From a virus (lineage: Duplodnaviria > Heunggongvirae > Uroviricota > Caudoviricetes): 64,000 bases of DNA. The stretch lies in the IMG/VR virus record IMGVR_UViG_3300009941_000125, positions 31,540 through 95,539 of that record; one strand, written 5' to 3'. Below, one piece after another: positions 8,489-17,207 of the stretch. The notes beneath the pieces were generated by a model. The model worked only from the letters and a program-made list of their open reading frames with translations, was not told the DNA's origin and did no database searches. The stretch's first letter is position 1, and every line of letters begins with the position of its first letter. The position numbers and the translations under genes are program-made.

Positions 8489-8683
8489 TTACTTACTAAC
8501 TGTTTGTGAAAATAACAATCGGCATAATATTAATAAACCTAACGCTTCAAGAAGCGAAATTGCTCTTAATCCAAAAATACTAGGCATTAATCCATTCCAT
8601 AAAAATTGAATCGCGAAAGGAAATAGCAATAAAATAAGAACCATAAGACCTAAACCTAAAATTCCACCAATAACATCATTCAT
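8489..8683 (-). CDS. Small hydrophobic membrane protein.
   Basis: 64 aa with two predicted TM stretches. Confidence 0.35.
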   Translation of the reverse strand: MNDVIGGILGLGLMVLILLLFPFAIQFLWNGLMPSIFGLRAISLLEALGLLILCRLLFSQTVSK

Positions 8684-9257
8684 TTTCCCACTCTCCTTTA
8701 CTTGACTTTCTATACAAAATTTGATTACTTGAACCTCTAAACTTGAGATTCAGATCTTGCCTGGCTTGAACGAAGGGTCCATCTACTATTACATCCACAA
8801 TATCCTTGATGTCTTGCGGTATATCTTTGAAAAGATCGCCCGTATAAAGCCAAATCTTCTTTCCTTTTTCTTTTGCCCATTGGCTTATTGCTTTTACCGC
8901 TTGTGGTTGTAATAATGGTTCACCTCCAGATAAAATTATCCAATCTACCCAATCAATTAATCTTGTTAAATAATCTGTAATAGCTTTATAGTCTAACCAA
9001 AAACCTCTTTCCCATTGTAATTTAGCTACTTCTGGATTATGGCAACCTTTACAATGCTTATCGCAACCTTGAAACCAAATAATTGCTGCTAAGCTTTCTG
9101 CATCTTGCAATGACTCTGTAATTCCTGCTATCCTAAACATAACATTTTCTTCTGTAAAATTTTTATCTTTAGGCTCTGGAACTCTTAACTTTTGTGCGTA
9201 CTCTTTGAAAGAAACTTTCTTTGTCATTGATCGTCGTCCTCTATTAAATGTCTCCAT
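8676..9257 (-). CDS. nrdG: Anaerobic ribonucleotide reductase activating protein, a radical-SAM enzyme.
   Basis: 193 aa with WFQGCDKHCKGCHN (CxxxCxxC) and a GGEPLL glycine-rich SAM motif. Confidence 0.85.
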   Translation of the reverse strand: METFNRGRRSMTKKVSFKEYAQKLRVPEPKDKNFTEENVMFRIAGITESLQDAESLAAIIWFQGCDKHCKGCHNPEVAKLQWERGFWLDYKAITDYLTRLIDWVDWIILSGGEPLLQPQAVKAISQWAKEKGKKIWLYTGDLFKDIPQDIKDIVDVIVDGPFVQARQDLNLKFRGSSNQILYRKSSKGEWENE

Positions 9258-9502
9258 GATTCAATTTTATTGCCGTGAAAAACTTCTTCTACTTGACAAC
9301 TGATAAAATATGCTGATTCTTTTCGTAACATTTCAAAATAATCAATATATTCCTCTATAGTATCAGGAAAATCACTATAATCAATAATATCTTTATAAAT
9401 GAATAAATGCCCGCTGTACTCTGCGACATGAGATATACAAACATTATGATTAATAATGTCGCAAAAAATATCAATGTATGCATCATTTAATCTTGGTTCC
9501 AT
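9224..9502 (-). CDS. hypothetical protein
   Basis: 92-aa ORF. Confidence 0.4.
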   Translation of the reverse strand: MEPRLNDAYIDIFCDIINHNVCISHVAEYSGHLFIYKDIIDYSDFPDTIEEYIDYFEMLRKESAYFISCQVEEVFHGNKIESWRHLIEDDDQ

Positions 9503-9509
9503 ATATAAC

Positions 9510-9689
9510 TCACTTCTCTATAATTACTTCTCTTAATTGATATAAGCCATCATCTTCGTCTCTTTCGCTAAGAATCATTTTAATTTTGTAATCTTCTAAA
9601 TTAAGTTGTCTTAAAACGCCGCCATCTAAATCAACAATCCCTATTATCTTTTTATTGAAGCCTTCTTTTAATGTAAAAAAACATCTCAT
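9510..9689 (-). CDS. Small hypothetical protein.
   Basis: 59-aa ORF from manual translation (MRCFFTLKEGFNKK...); below the track cutoff. Confidence 0.3.
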   Translation of the reverse strand: MRCFFTLKEGFNKKIIGIVDLDGGVLRQLNLEDYKIKMILSERDEDDGLYQLREVIIEK

Positions 9690-9711
9690 TTTTAACTTTC
9701 TTTATATTTTT

Positions 9712-9784
9712 AGCCGAGAGAAGGACTTGAACCCTCAACCGATTGATTACAAATCAATTGCTCTTCCAATTGAGCTATCCCGGC
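9712..9784 (-). tRNA. tRNA-Thr(UGU)
   Basis: 73-nt cloverleaf on the minus strand: GCCGGGA-TA-GCTC-AATTGGAA-GAGC-A-ATTGA-TTTGTAA-TCAAT-CGGTT-GAGGG-TTCAAGT-CCTTC-TCTCGGC-T. All stems pair and the anticodon is TGT. Confidence 0.9.
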
Positions 9785-9867
9785 GTAAGATATAATAACT
9801 ATCATATTTAACACGATAGTGTGTCTGGTGTCACCCGGGTGTTGTCTGAATAACAACCTATAAGACT

Positions 9868-11850
9868 CTAAGAGTCTCTATTCCATCCTCTACTTGTCTT
9901 TTTACAATCATTACAAAAAGTAAACTCAGGACTAATTACTAATTGAGCGCACTGGGTATTATCCCATACCTTCTTTATTATATTTTCAATACCTTTAGGA
10001 TGAGGTTTTTGCTCTCCTAAAAATATATGCGTTATAGCTCCTGATTCTATTAACGGATTAAACCTTGCTTGACCCACAATCCTATCGATTATGGAAATTT
10101 CGGCGTTCGCGGCGTAATGCACAGAATTAGTATAATAAACCACACCACTATCCAAGCTACCTCTGACATAATCCTTAGCCTCCTTAAAAGCATGCAAATC
10201 AACTTTTGCTAATCTATAAGCTGCGCTTTCGGCGGGGCTTTCTTCGAGTGTAACTTTGAGTTTGTTTTCTTTTCCTAATTCTTTAGCTTTAAGATACATG
10301 GAACTAACAAGCTTTAATCCTAATTTATAAGATTCTTCGTCTTCGTGTAATTGCTTACCTGTGATTCTCTGTATACATTCATTTAATCCAATAATACCAA
10401 TAATATAAGTAGCTGCCTCTAAATCAACATAAGGTCTACCATCTTTAGCCTTCATACCAATTTGCCAAAGGGGTAATCCTTCTTCCATTAACCAACCAAT
10501 AAATCTTTTTTTCTGTAAATGAGCTTTCATAGCAATATCCATAGTTCTCATAACTTCTTTTACAGTTTTATCGTAATTTCCTTCAGCTCTATATGCAGCT
10601 TGAGGAAGATTTATTGATACATTTTGAAAGCCACAAAATCTCATTGATTCTGGATGTTCGATCATATAATTATCATCAATAACAGTTCTTAATCTACAAC
10701 ATGCAGCTAAAGTAACTTCATCTCTATCAAATACAAAATAAGGAGATCCATTCTCGGAAGCAATTTCACAAGCAAATGCAAATAATTTATATTGTTCTTT
10801 ATCTGTAAATGTTTCTGCACTTATATGAAAATCACATTTAGGAAAAGAAAAGACTCTTCCATAACAATCACCTTCTCGCCATACTTCTAACATTGCTTTT
10901 GCAAACATTTGAGCTTCTTTTTCAAAATCTCCATATGTTTCTTTTAAATACTTTCCACCAGGACCTATTGCTTTAATATTTTTAAGATAACTGGGAATAC
11001 CAGTGTGAATATTAAAATCTAAAAATAAGGTTTGCCCACCTCTACTAAAAGCATTCTGACTTGCTGAAAAAATTAAATGCTGAGCTTCTTGTTTCATTCT
11101 TTCAAAGGAAAGTCCTCGCACTAATGGTGCATAGAAAATATTAACATAACCAATTCCTAGCGCTCCTGCGTAATAAGCTTGCATAGAAGCTAGAAAAGTA
11201 TTTAAATGCCCTGTCAAAGTTCTTGCGTGACTTGCTGGCTTACTAGCCGAATTAAGATTCTCTAATTCTAAACCATATTTCTTAATATACTCCAAAGAAT
11301 GAGAACTACAATAAACTCTAGTTATATAACCTAAATCGTGTAAATGTACTTTACCTGTTAAATGAGCTTCAGCTACTTCTTTAGAAAATACTCTGCTTAA
11401 TGCATACTGCTTGAATGCTGCTTCAGAAATTGCTAAACTAACTGCTTCAGGGTTATTCGCCGAAATATTACTATTCTCAGATGTCTTACTAAAGATATAT
11501 TGTTCTAAATCATAAGTAGGGATACCTAAGACTTGTTGTTTCCTTAGCTTTCCATTTAATCCTTTTTCAAATAAAACATCATCAATAATACTACGAATTG
11601 TTCCTGTACTAATATTTTTTATTTCAGTCGCAAAGATTCTCGTTTCAACTTCAGTCGCAATAGCTCTAGCCTCTTTCATATCTAATCCAGCTTCTTCCTC
11701 TAATGATTCGATAACTTTCTTTTTATCCCAATCACTAAGCATTCCCTCAGAAAGAGAAGATACTAGTAAACTTAAATCTGTTGTGTCGTTTGAAGAAGCT
11801 TTGTTCTTCTTGAAAACTTTAATTGTCATTCTGCTCCCTTTCCAATCCAA
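9868..11850 (-). CDS. nrdD: Anaerobic (class III) ribonucleoside-triphosphate reductase; the main body lacks the glycyl-radical C-terminus.
   Basis: 660 aa with an ATP-cone-like N-terminus and a large NrdD barrel. It ends ...FTFCNDCKKTSRGWNRDS just after the first CxxC. No second CxxC or RVxGY follows in any frame downstream. Confidence 0.9.
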   Translation of the reverse strand: MDWKGSRMTIKVFKKNKASSNDTTDLSLLVSSLSEGMLSDWDKKKVIESLEEEAGLDMKEARAIATEVETRIFATEIKNISTGTIRSIIDDVLFEKGLNGKLRKQQVLGIPTYDLEQYIFSKTSENSNISANNPEAVSLAISEAAFKQYALSRVFSKEVAEAHLTGKVHLHDLGYITRVYCSSHSLEYIKKYGLELENLNSASKPASHARTLTGHLNTFLASMQAYYAGALGIGYVNIFYAPLVRGLSFERMKQEAQHLIFSASQNAFSRGGQTLFLDFNIHTGIPSYLKNIKAIGPGGKYLKETYGDFEKEAQMFAKAMLEVWREGDCYGRVFSFPKCDFHISAETFTDKEQYKLFAFACEIASENGSPYFVFDRDEVTLAACCRLRTVIDDNYMIEHPESMRFCGFQNVSINLPQAAYRAEGNYDKTVKEVMRTMDIAMKAHLQKKRFIGWLMEEGLPLWQIGMKAKDGRPYVDLEAATYIIGIIGLNECIQRITGKQLHEDEESYKLGLKLVSSMYLKAKELGKENKLKVTLEESPAESAAYRLAKVDLHAFKEAKDYVRGSLDSGVVYYTNSVHYAANAEISIIDRIVGQARFNPLIESGAITHIFLGEQKPHPKGIENIIKKVWDNTQCAQLVISPEFTFCNDCKKTSRGWNRDS

Positions 11851-12081
11851 TGTTATTGTGCTTTTTGTTATAGCAATCTTTACAAACCCAATGTCTGCTA
11901 TCTTTACTTTTCCATATTACCTTTGTAAATCTATTACAAGATGGGTTAGAACACCTATACCCATTTTCGGTTTTTATTAAATACACGTTTCTTTTCATTT
12001 CTTCTCTTTTAAATAAAAAATATTGCCGGTGTTTTAGATAATTAAATACCTAGGCCACCGGCTCACCTAATTAACTTAAAA

Positions 12082-12303
12082 CTAAGCCAATGTTGTACTC
12101 TTCCAAGCGGAACCATTATAGACAGACAAAACATTTGTACCTGGAGTGAAATACATAGAACCAGCGACTGGAGTCCCTGGAATAACGTCAGAAAGAACTA
12201 ACATTGCTTTCCCGTCAGTATCGTAATCACGAATACCTAGTGGAAGACCTTTACCAAAACCGTCATAGTAACATTGATAAGTTGTATCAACTGTTGCACC
12301 CAT
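12082..12303 (-). CDS. Hypothetical protein; Gly/Thr/Ser-rich, with a fibre-tip-like composition.
   Basis: 73-aa ORF followed by a GCCGGTG...CACCGGC hairpin plus T-run. Confidence 0.4.
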   Translation of the reverse strand: MGATVDTTYQCYYDGFGKGLPLGIRDYDTDGKAMLVLSDVIPGTPVAGSMYFTPGTNVLSVYNGSAWKSTTLA

Positions 12304-12365
12304 TTTAAACTCACCTTCCTTTATTGTTTATTACTTAACTATTAAATACTTAAACTAAATTTAAT

Positions 12366-13220
12366 TTATATTGTTGCACTAATATTATCTAAACATTTAA
12401 CTACATTTAACTTTATATCACTTTCCCAAAAACGTAATACTTTCCAACCCATAGTAGTTAAAGCTTTAGTTACTTTTTTATCCTGATTCTTTCCGAATGG
12501 ATAATTATGCCAGTAGTTACCATCTACATAAATAGCTATTTTCTTTTCAGGATTGGCTATATCAATTGAAGTAAACCTTTCTGGATACTCATCTTGAAAA
12601 CCATTCCATAAATTATTATCTTGCATTGCTTTCCGTAATAATCTATGAGGTAAGGTATTAGTTATTTTTAAAAGTTTTCCTTCAGCATGAAGCTTTATCA
12701 TTCTTTCTCTTAATTTAGCAACATCTTTTAAATTTCTTTCTTTAGTTCTTTCAGAAACCCTCATTAAATGTGGATGGTCTTTTTTTGTCATTCCTTTCCA
12801 ATATCCACCACAAAACCAAAGTCGTCCATATTTTTTTATCATCGTCTTCTGTCGCTTTACTTCGCATTCATTAATTTTTCTATCCGTTTCTCTTGTTTTA
12901 TCTTTATTCCATGCACTATGTCCTTTAATCCATAAGTTAGTACGCGATTGTCCTTTATTTGAACATTGTTTACTACAAAAAACCTTTTTACTTGAAATAC
13001 GCACAATAAAAACTTTATTACAAATTAAACATTTTCTTTTTTCTTTTAAAACCGTTTCTCTTTTATCCCAACTTAAAACTGATCTACATTTACAACAACA
13101 AGTTTTTTTATTTGAATTTGATTTCTTTTTAAATGTTTTATCACAAATTACACACTTAGAATCTTTCTCTATTATTGTACTTTTCCCTTTATTCCAAGGA
13201 ACATTTCCTTTCTTAACCAT
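12366..13220 (-). CDS. Free-standing homing endonuclease (Zn ribbons plus Vsr/DUF559-like nuclease domain); paralogue of 3993..4607.
   Basis: 284 aa with several CxxC pairs. C-terminal IAIYVDGNYWH...WKVLRFWESD matches the Vsr/DUF559 core and is organised like the 204-aa ORF. Confidence 0.6.
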   Translation of the reverse strand: MVKKGNVPWNKGKSTIIEKDSKCVICDKTFKKKSNSNKKTCCCKCRSVLSWDKRETVLKEKRKCLICNKVFIVRISSKKVFCSKQCSNKGQSRTNLWIKGHSAWNKDKTRETDRKINECEVKRQKTMIKKYGRLWFCGGYWKGMTKKDHPHLMRVSERTKERNLKDVAKLRERMIKLHAEGKLLKITNTLPHRLLRKAMQDNNLWNGFQDEYPERFTSIDIANPEKKIAIYVDGNYWHNYPFGKNQDKKVTKALTTMGWKVLRFWESDIKLNVVKCLDNISATI

Positions 13221-13284
13221 ACTTATACCTCCTTAATAGGTATATAAGGGCCAATCGATTAAGGCGATCAGCCCATTAATTATA

Positions 13285-14835
13285 TCACCAGTTTCTGCAA
13301 AATGCAGGACTTGCAACTTGTAATGAATCCGCAAAGATCGCTAATGCTGTTGCATCTGCTAAATCCTTACTTCCTCCCATTGGATGGTCGATCTTCTTAT
13401 TAGTAATTAAGCTTAGTGCTAGTAATTCTTCTACTAGCAAATTTGTATATTTACAATTAACGACTTTCAGCTTACCCCTATTTATCAAATCTTTTGCCGT
13501 ATCGTAAACTTTCTTACCTTTATCACAACTATACTTATTCTCTGTAGGGATTTGAGCCTTTGTAAGAACTTGCTTCATATCTGCTGATTGAAAAGAATCA
13601 GTTAAAACCATTCTAATGTTAAACTGTCTCTGCTTCAATAAGTAAATAAGAGCTCTTATATCTTCGAAATCAATCTCTCCACCTTTTGGAGCTTCCCAAG
13701 TTTTTAATAAATCAACAATAATATAATAATCTTTCTTATCTTCTCCAAACTCTCTATGGCACATAGCTAATCCAGCTCTATCATGTTTTAATGCTAAATC
13801 TAAACCAATATAATAATTAAGCCCTTTGCCAAAGAATGAATTTTCTAATCTTTCAACAATACCTTGTGCCCAAGGATTATGTAACTCAGAATCAACAATT
13901 GCTCTTACCCTATTCTCATCAGCAAAATAAGCGTCTTTAGCTTTAGGAGGCATACAACAATACTTAGCTGCCCATTCTTTAGGATCTAATTTTCTTTCAT
14001 CTTCAAAATCTTCTTCGTTTGAATATGGATTAAATTCCCAAGTCTTTGCAAACTCTGTATAGACGTCTGGTCTTCTTAAACCTTCTTCATATTTTTGAAG
14101 GATAAAATCACTCTCAAATCTAGGATAACTAATCATTACAATTTTACCCGTCTTAGGAAACCTTGACTTAACAGAAGATTTAGCCATATTGTACAAGTAA
14201 TCAGCGCTTTGTTTACTTCTTAATGACTTTCCTCTCAATTCTGCATTGGTCTTAAATGCCGCGATTTCATCTAATACACAAGAGAATAAGTTATAACCTT
14301 CCATACCTTCTGCTTCACTATGTCCAGATACAACATTAATATTGTTAGGGAATTGAACTTCTCCTGCTAAAACTTTACACCCTAATCTTTTAAAAATGTT
14401 CTTTCCTACAGTCTTAAAGGTTTCAAAGTAAACCGAGTTAGCTTGCTCTGCGTTTACCGCAACGTTTAAGATTGTAATTGGTAATCCTAAATCTATACCC
14501 GTATAATCAGCTGGCGGACCTTCTAATGCTAATCTGTATGCAAATCTATGATTAGCCAAACTAATCATTAAATCCTTACCTCCACCTTTTCCTACAACAA
14601 CTACATATTCTTTGTAAGGGTTATCTTCAACAGATAAGTTATCTAAAGCTATTAACAACTTTGCTTGCTTTGGGCTGATCTTCTCTAATCCTAAATAGTC
14701 TTTAGAAAAAATAAATGTATCTAAATCTACTGGTTTCTTTTCAAGAAAATTAGCATTAACGGTCTTTATTTTTTCTTCGAACTCTTTTAGTTCTTTGCTT
14801 TTTAGGAGACCGTCGATAAAACTCTCTACATTCAT
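13285..14835 (-). CDS. Terminase large subunit.
   Basis: 516 aa with an N-terminal P-loop-like GKGGGKD and a Walker-B-like VLDEIAAF, plus a C-terminal nuclease-like region with conserved acidic residues. Confidence 0.7.
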   Translation of the reverse strand: MNVESFIDGLLKSKELKEFEEKIKTVNANFLEKKPVDLDTFIFSKDYLGLEKISPKQAKLLIALDNLSVEDNPYKEYVVVVGKGGGKDLMISLANHRFAYRLALEGPPADYTGIDLGLPITILNVAVNAEQANSVYFETFKTVGKNIFKRLGCKVLAGEVQFPNNINVVSGHSEAEGMEGYNLFSCVLDEIAAFKTNAELRGKSLRSKQSADYLYNMAKSSVKSRFPKTGKIVMISYPRFESDFILQKYEEGLRRPDVYTEFAKTWEFNPYSNEEDFEDERKLDPKEWAAKYCCMPPKAKDAYFADENRVRAIVDSELHNPWAQGIVERLENSFFGKGLNYYIGLDLALKHDRAGLAMCHREFGEDKKDYYIIVDLLKTWEAPKGGEIDFEDIRALIYLLKQRQFNIRMVLTDSFQSADMKQVLTKAQIPTENKYSCDKGKKVYDTAKDLINRGKLKVVNCKYTNLLVEELLALSLITNKKIDHPMGGSKDLADATALAIFADSLQVASPAFCRNW

Positions 14836-15106
14836 TTTGTTTTTGTCCTACTACTATAAATATTGCTTCATTAACATCTAAATTCAACGCTGGCAAAACT
14901 TGAATTCCTTCTATTGTAAACTCTTGACAGCTTTCTTTAGAAAAGGTACTAATTACTAAATAATCTAAAAATATATCCTTTACTCTATTAAAGAAACCTT
15001 GTCCACAAAAACAAACAATATGCGGATACTCATATCTTGTTTTTAAATCTAGAAGAGTTTTATGAAATAATTCAAAATTAACTTTATTAAGATTCTTTAC
15101 TTTCAT
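14756..15106 (-). CDS. Hypothetical protein; its 3' end overlaps the terminase start.
   Basis: 116-aa ORF with an 80-nt overlap, so the basic tail may not be translated. Confidence 0.35.
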   Translation of the reverse strand: MKVKNLNKVNFELFHKTLLDLKTRYEYPHIVCFCGQGFFNRVKDIFLDYLVISTFSKESCQEFTIEGIQVLPALNLDVNEAIFIVVGQKQNECREFYRRSPKKQRTKRVRRKNKDR

Positions 15107-15596
15107 CTTTTAACAACTCTTTAACTTTTTTTACACACTCATCAACCGACATTGTATCTGTATGAATCATTAAATCTGGGAATCTTGGTTCTTCATATGG
15201 ATCGCTTATACCTGTAAAATGGGGAATCTCTCCTGTAATTGCTTTTGCATATAAACCTTTAGGGTCTCTTCTCTTACACTCATCAATAGAACACTTAACA
15301 TAAACAATCTTTACATCTTCAACTTTTTTCTGTACTGCTTGTCTTGTTTCTTCATAGGGTGAAATGAAAGAACAAATAATAGTTTCAAAGAATGGTGAAA
15401 GTATCTTAACTAAATAAGCTGCTCTTCCAACATTAGTATCTCTTTCTTTCTTACTAAACCCAATAGGATAAAACATATTACGAATAACATCACCGTCTAA
15501 ATTAATACATGATTCACCTAAATCTTTTTGTAACGCTTTAGCAATGGTCGTTTTTCCTGAAGCGCTTAATCCAGTCATCCATATCACTTTTGCCAT
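15087..15596 (-). CDS. cysC: Adenylylsulfate (APS) kinase.
   Basis: 169 aa with P-loop WMTGLSASGKTTIA, LDGDVIR and FSKKERDTNVGR, which are the canonical CysC motifs. Confidence 0.85.
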   Translation of the reverse strand: MAKVIWMTGLSASGKTTIAKALQKDLGESCINLDGDVIRNMFYPIGFSKKERDTNVGRAAYLVKILSPFFETIICSFISPYEETRQAVQKKVEDVKIVYVKCSIDECKRRDPKGLYAKAITGEIPHFTGISDPYEEPRFPDLMIHTDTMSVDECVKKVKELLKDESKES

Positions 15597-15668
15597 CTTT
15601 TACCTCCAAAACTTTACAAGTATAAAACCCTATAATAAATGAAAGAATTATTATTAATATAATATAAA

Positions 15669-16430
15669 CTATTTGCATAAAAGAATATATAATGTATAAC
15701 TCCCTAATATAAAAGTTCCTATACCAATAGTAAATCTTAAAAATTTATCATTAATTTTTTTAACACTAAGAGCCGCTAAGGGAGTAGCACAAAGTGCCCC
15801 AATTGTTAAATAAGGAGCTAATGTCCAATCAACATTAAAATTAGTCATTAACATATAACAAATAACTCCAATTAAACAAGTCAATCCTTCTGCCCAAGTA
15901 GTAATCCCTATTGCTTGTTTAGCTTTTCCTCCAACTAGCAATTGCCCTGCCGTCATTACCGGCCCATATCCTCCTGCGCTAATTCCTTTGTTAAACGATG
16001 CCAATAGGCCAATACCAATTATTTTTTTAAAAGAATATTTAAATGTTTTGTTAAGTGTTGTTAGTACAAGAATTCCCATTGACAAAACCATTCCACTTAT
16101 ATACAATTTTACAAAAAACTTTGGAATTGATGTTGCTATAAATACAGCTGCTATTGTTCCAATAATTCCACATATTCCCAAAATAGTAGCTAACCTTAAA
16201 TCTTCTTTATCTATATTTCCTACTTTATGATGAAAAAAACCTCCAATTAAACCTGTACACAATTCAGAAACTAATATAGCAGGAACTATTTGTATGACAC
16301 TAAATCCCATTAATAAAAAAATTGGAGCTAAAACTGTTCCATATCCCATTCCTAATGTCGAATCCATATATTCCATTACAAAAGCCCATGCTACTAAAAC
16401 TAATCCTAAACCTAAAGCTAATTCAAACAC
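15669..16430 (-). CDS. TauE/SafE (DUF81) family anion permease.
   Basis: 253 aa and polytopic, with an internally repeated 4-TM architecture and Gly-rich helices typical of sulfite/sulfonate exporter-type permeases. Confidence 0.6.
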   Translation of the reverse strand: MFELALGLGLVLVAWAFVMEYMDSTLGMGYGTVLAPIFLLMGFSVIQIVPAILVSELCTGLIGGFFHHKVGNIDKEDLRLATILGICGIIGTIAAVFIATSIPKFFVKLYISGMVLSMGILVLTTLNKTFKYSFKKIIGIGLLASFNKGISAGGYGPVMTAGQLLVGGKAKQAIGITTWAEGLTCLIGVICYMLMTNFNVDWTLAPYLTIGALCATPLAALSVKKINDKFLRFTIGIGTFILGSYTLYILLCK

Positions 16431-16450
16431 TACTCCTCCTATCTATTTCC

Positions 16451-16645
16451 TTAAACTTTTCTTCTTGGCATTCTGCCTACGGGACCTCTTCCTCTGCCTA
16501 CTCCTAAACCTCTACCATTACCGCCACTTCTAATTTTAGCTCCAGGACATTCAGTTGAATTTCCTTTAGCATCAACACAATTTCCTAATCCTCTTCCTGT
16601 TAAAGGGCCCTTTCCGTCTGGACCTGTTCCATTAAATCTTGGCAT
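16451..16645 (-). CDS. Small Gly/Arg-rich protein of the MPRxxGTGPxGxGPxTGRG type.
   Basis: 64 aa. The N-terminal pattern resembles a conserved uncharacterised small-protein family of anaerobes. Confidence 0.4.
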   Translation of the reverse strand: MPRFNGTGPDGKGPLTGRGLGNCVDAKGNSTECPGAKIRSGGNGRGLGVGRGRGPVGRMPRRKV

Positions 16646-16823
16646 TTTTCTCCCCCTTTCTACACTTTATTATTTTTTCAACTACATCTTTTAAACATGC
16701 TGGAACTTGATTTAATTTTCTATGAAAAGCAATGCAATCACAGCAAATTCCTTTTTTATCACACTCTATTAAACAATTACATTTACTTAAATTTCTTTCA
16801 TAATTCTTACACTTGTTTGTCAT
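16632..16823 (-). CDS. Small Cys-rich protein.
   Basis: 63 aa with about 10 Cys in CxC/CC arrangements. Confidence 0.35.
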   Translation of the reverse strand: MTNKCKNYERNLSKCNCLIECDKKGICCDCIAFHRKLNQVPACLKDVVEKIIKCRKGEKNAKI

Positions 16824-17202
16824 TTAATTTTTCTCGTATCTTAGTTGCTGAAATAGACTCTGTTTCTGCATCTAGTTTAATCTTTTCTGTTGACCAGCCA
16901 ACTTTTCTACCATGGACTACTTTTAAAATATTAGGTAAAAGAATTACCTTAACTCTGTTTTCTTTAATCTCTTTTTCAAAAGCTTTTGCAATCATTACAG
17001 TCCTATCGGAATAATTATGAGGATTATTATCTTTTCCATCTGAAGCTCTTAATCCAATACAAATATTATCTCCTCTATCTAAAACTGTCCTCATTAACTT
17101 AATATGTCCTTCATGTAATGGTTGATAACGACCAATAAATAAAGACCATTCCTTTTCATCAGGTTCATTCAATTCTAACATCATTAATAATTTGTCATCC
17201 AT
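16807..17202 (-). CDS. Cytidylyltransferase-fold nucleotidyltransferase (TagD/PPAT/NMNAT-like).
   Basis: 131 aa with FIGRYQPLHEGHIKLM, which carries the (H/T)xGH signature, and a size typical of glycerol-3-phosphate cytidylyltransferase-like enzymes. Confidence 0.6.
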   Translation of the reverse strand: MDDKLLMMLELNEPDEKEWSLFIGRYQPLHEGHIKLMRTVLDRGDNICIGLRASDGKDNNPHNYSDRTVMIAKAFEKEIKENRVKVILLPNILKVVHGRKVGWSTEKIKLDAETESISATKIREKLNDKQV

Positions 17203-17207
17203 TTACT

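Noticed and set aside
9790-9867. Possible tRNA or terminator between nrdD and tRNA-Thr (CACCCGGGTG palindrome; AGACTC-taa-GAGTCT hairpin).
   Set aside because: Hairpins are short, no cloverleaf can be drawn, and there is no U-tract. They are probably minor RNA structure only.
14756-14835. Programmed frameshift between the 116-aa ORF and the terminase.
   Set aside because: No slippery heptamer was seen in the overlap. A simple overlap or mis-called stop region is more likely.
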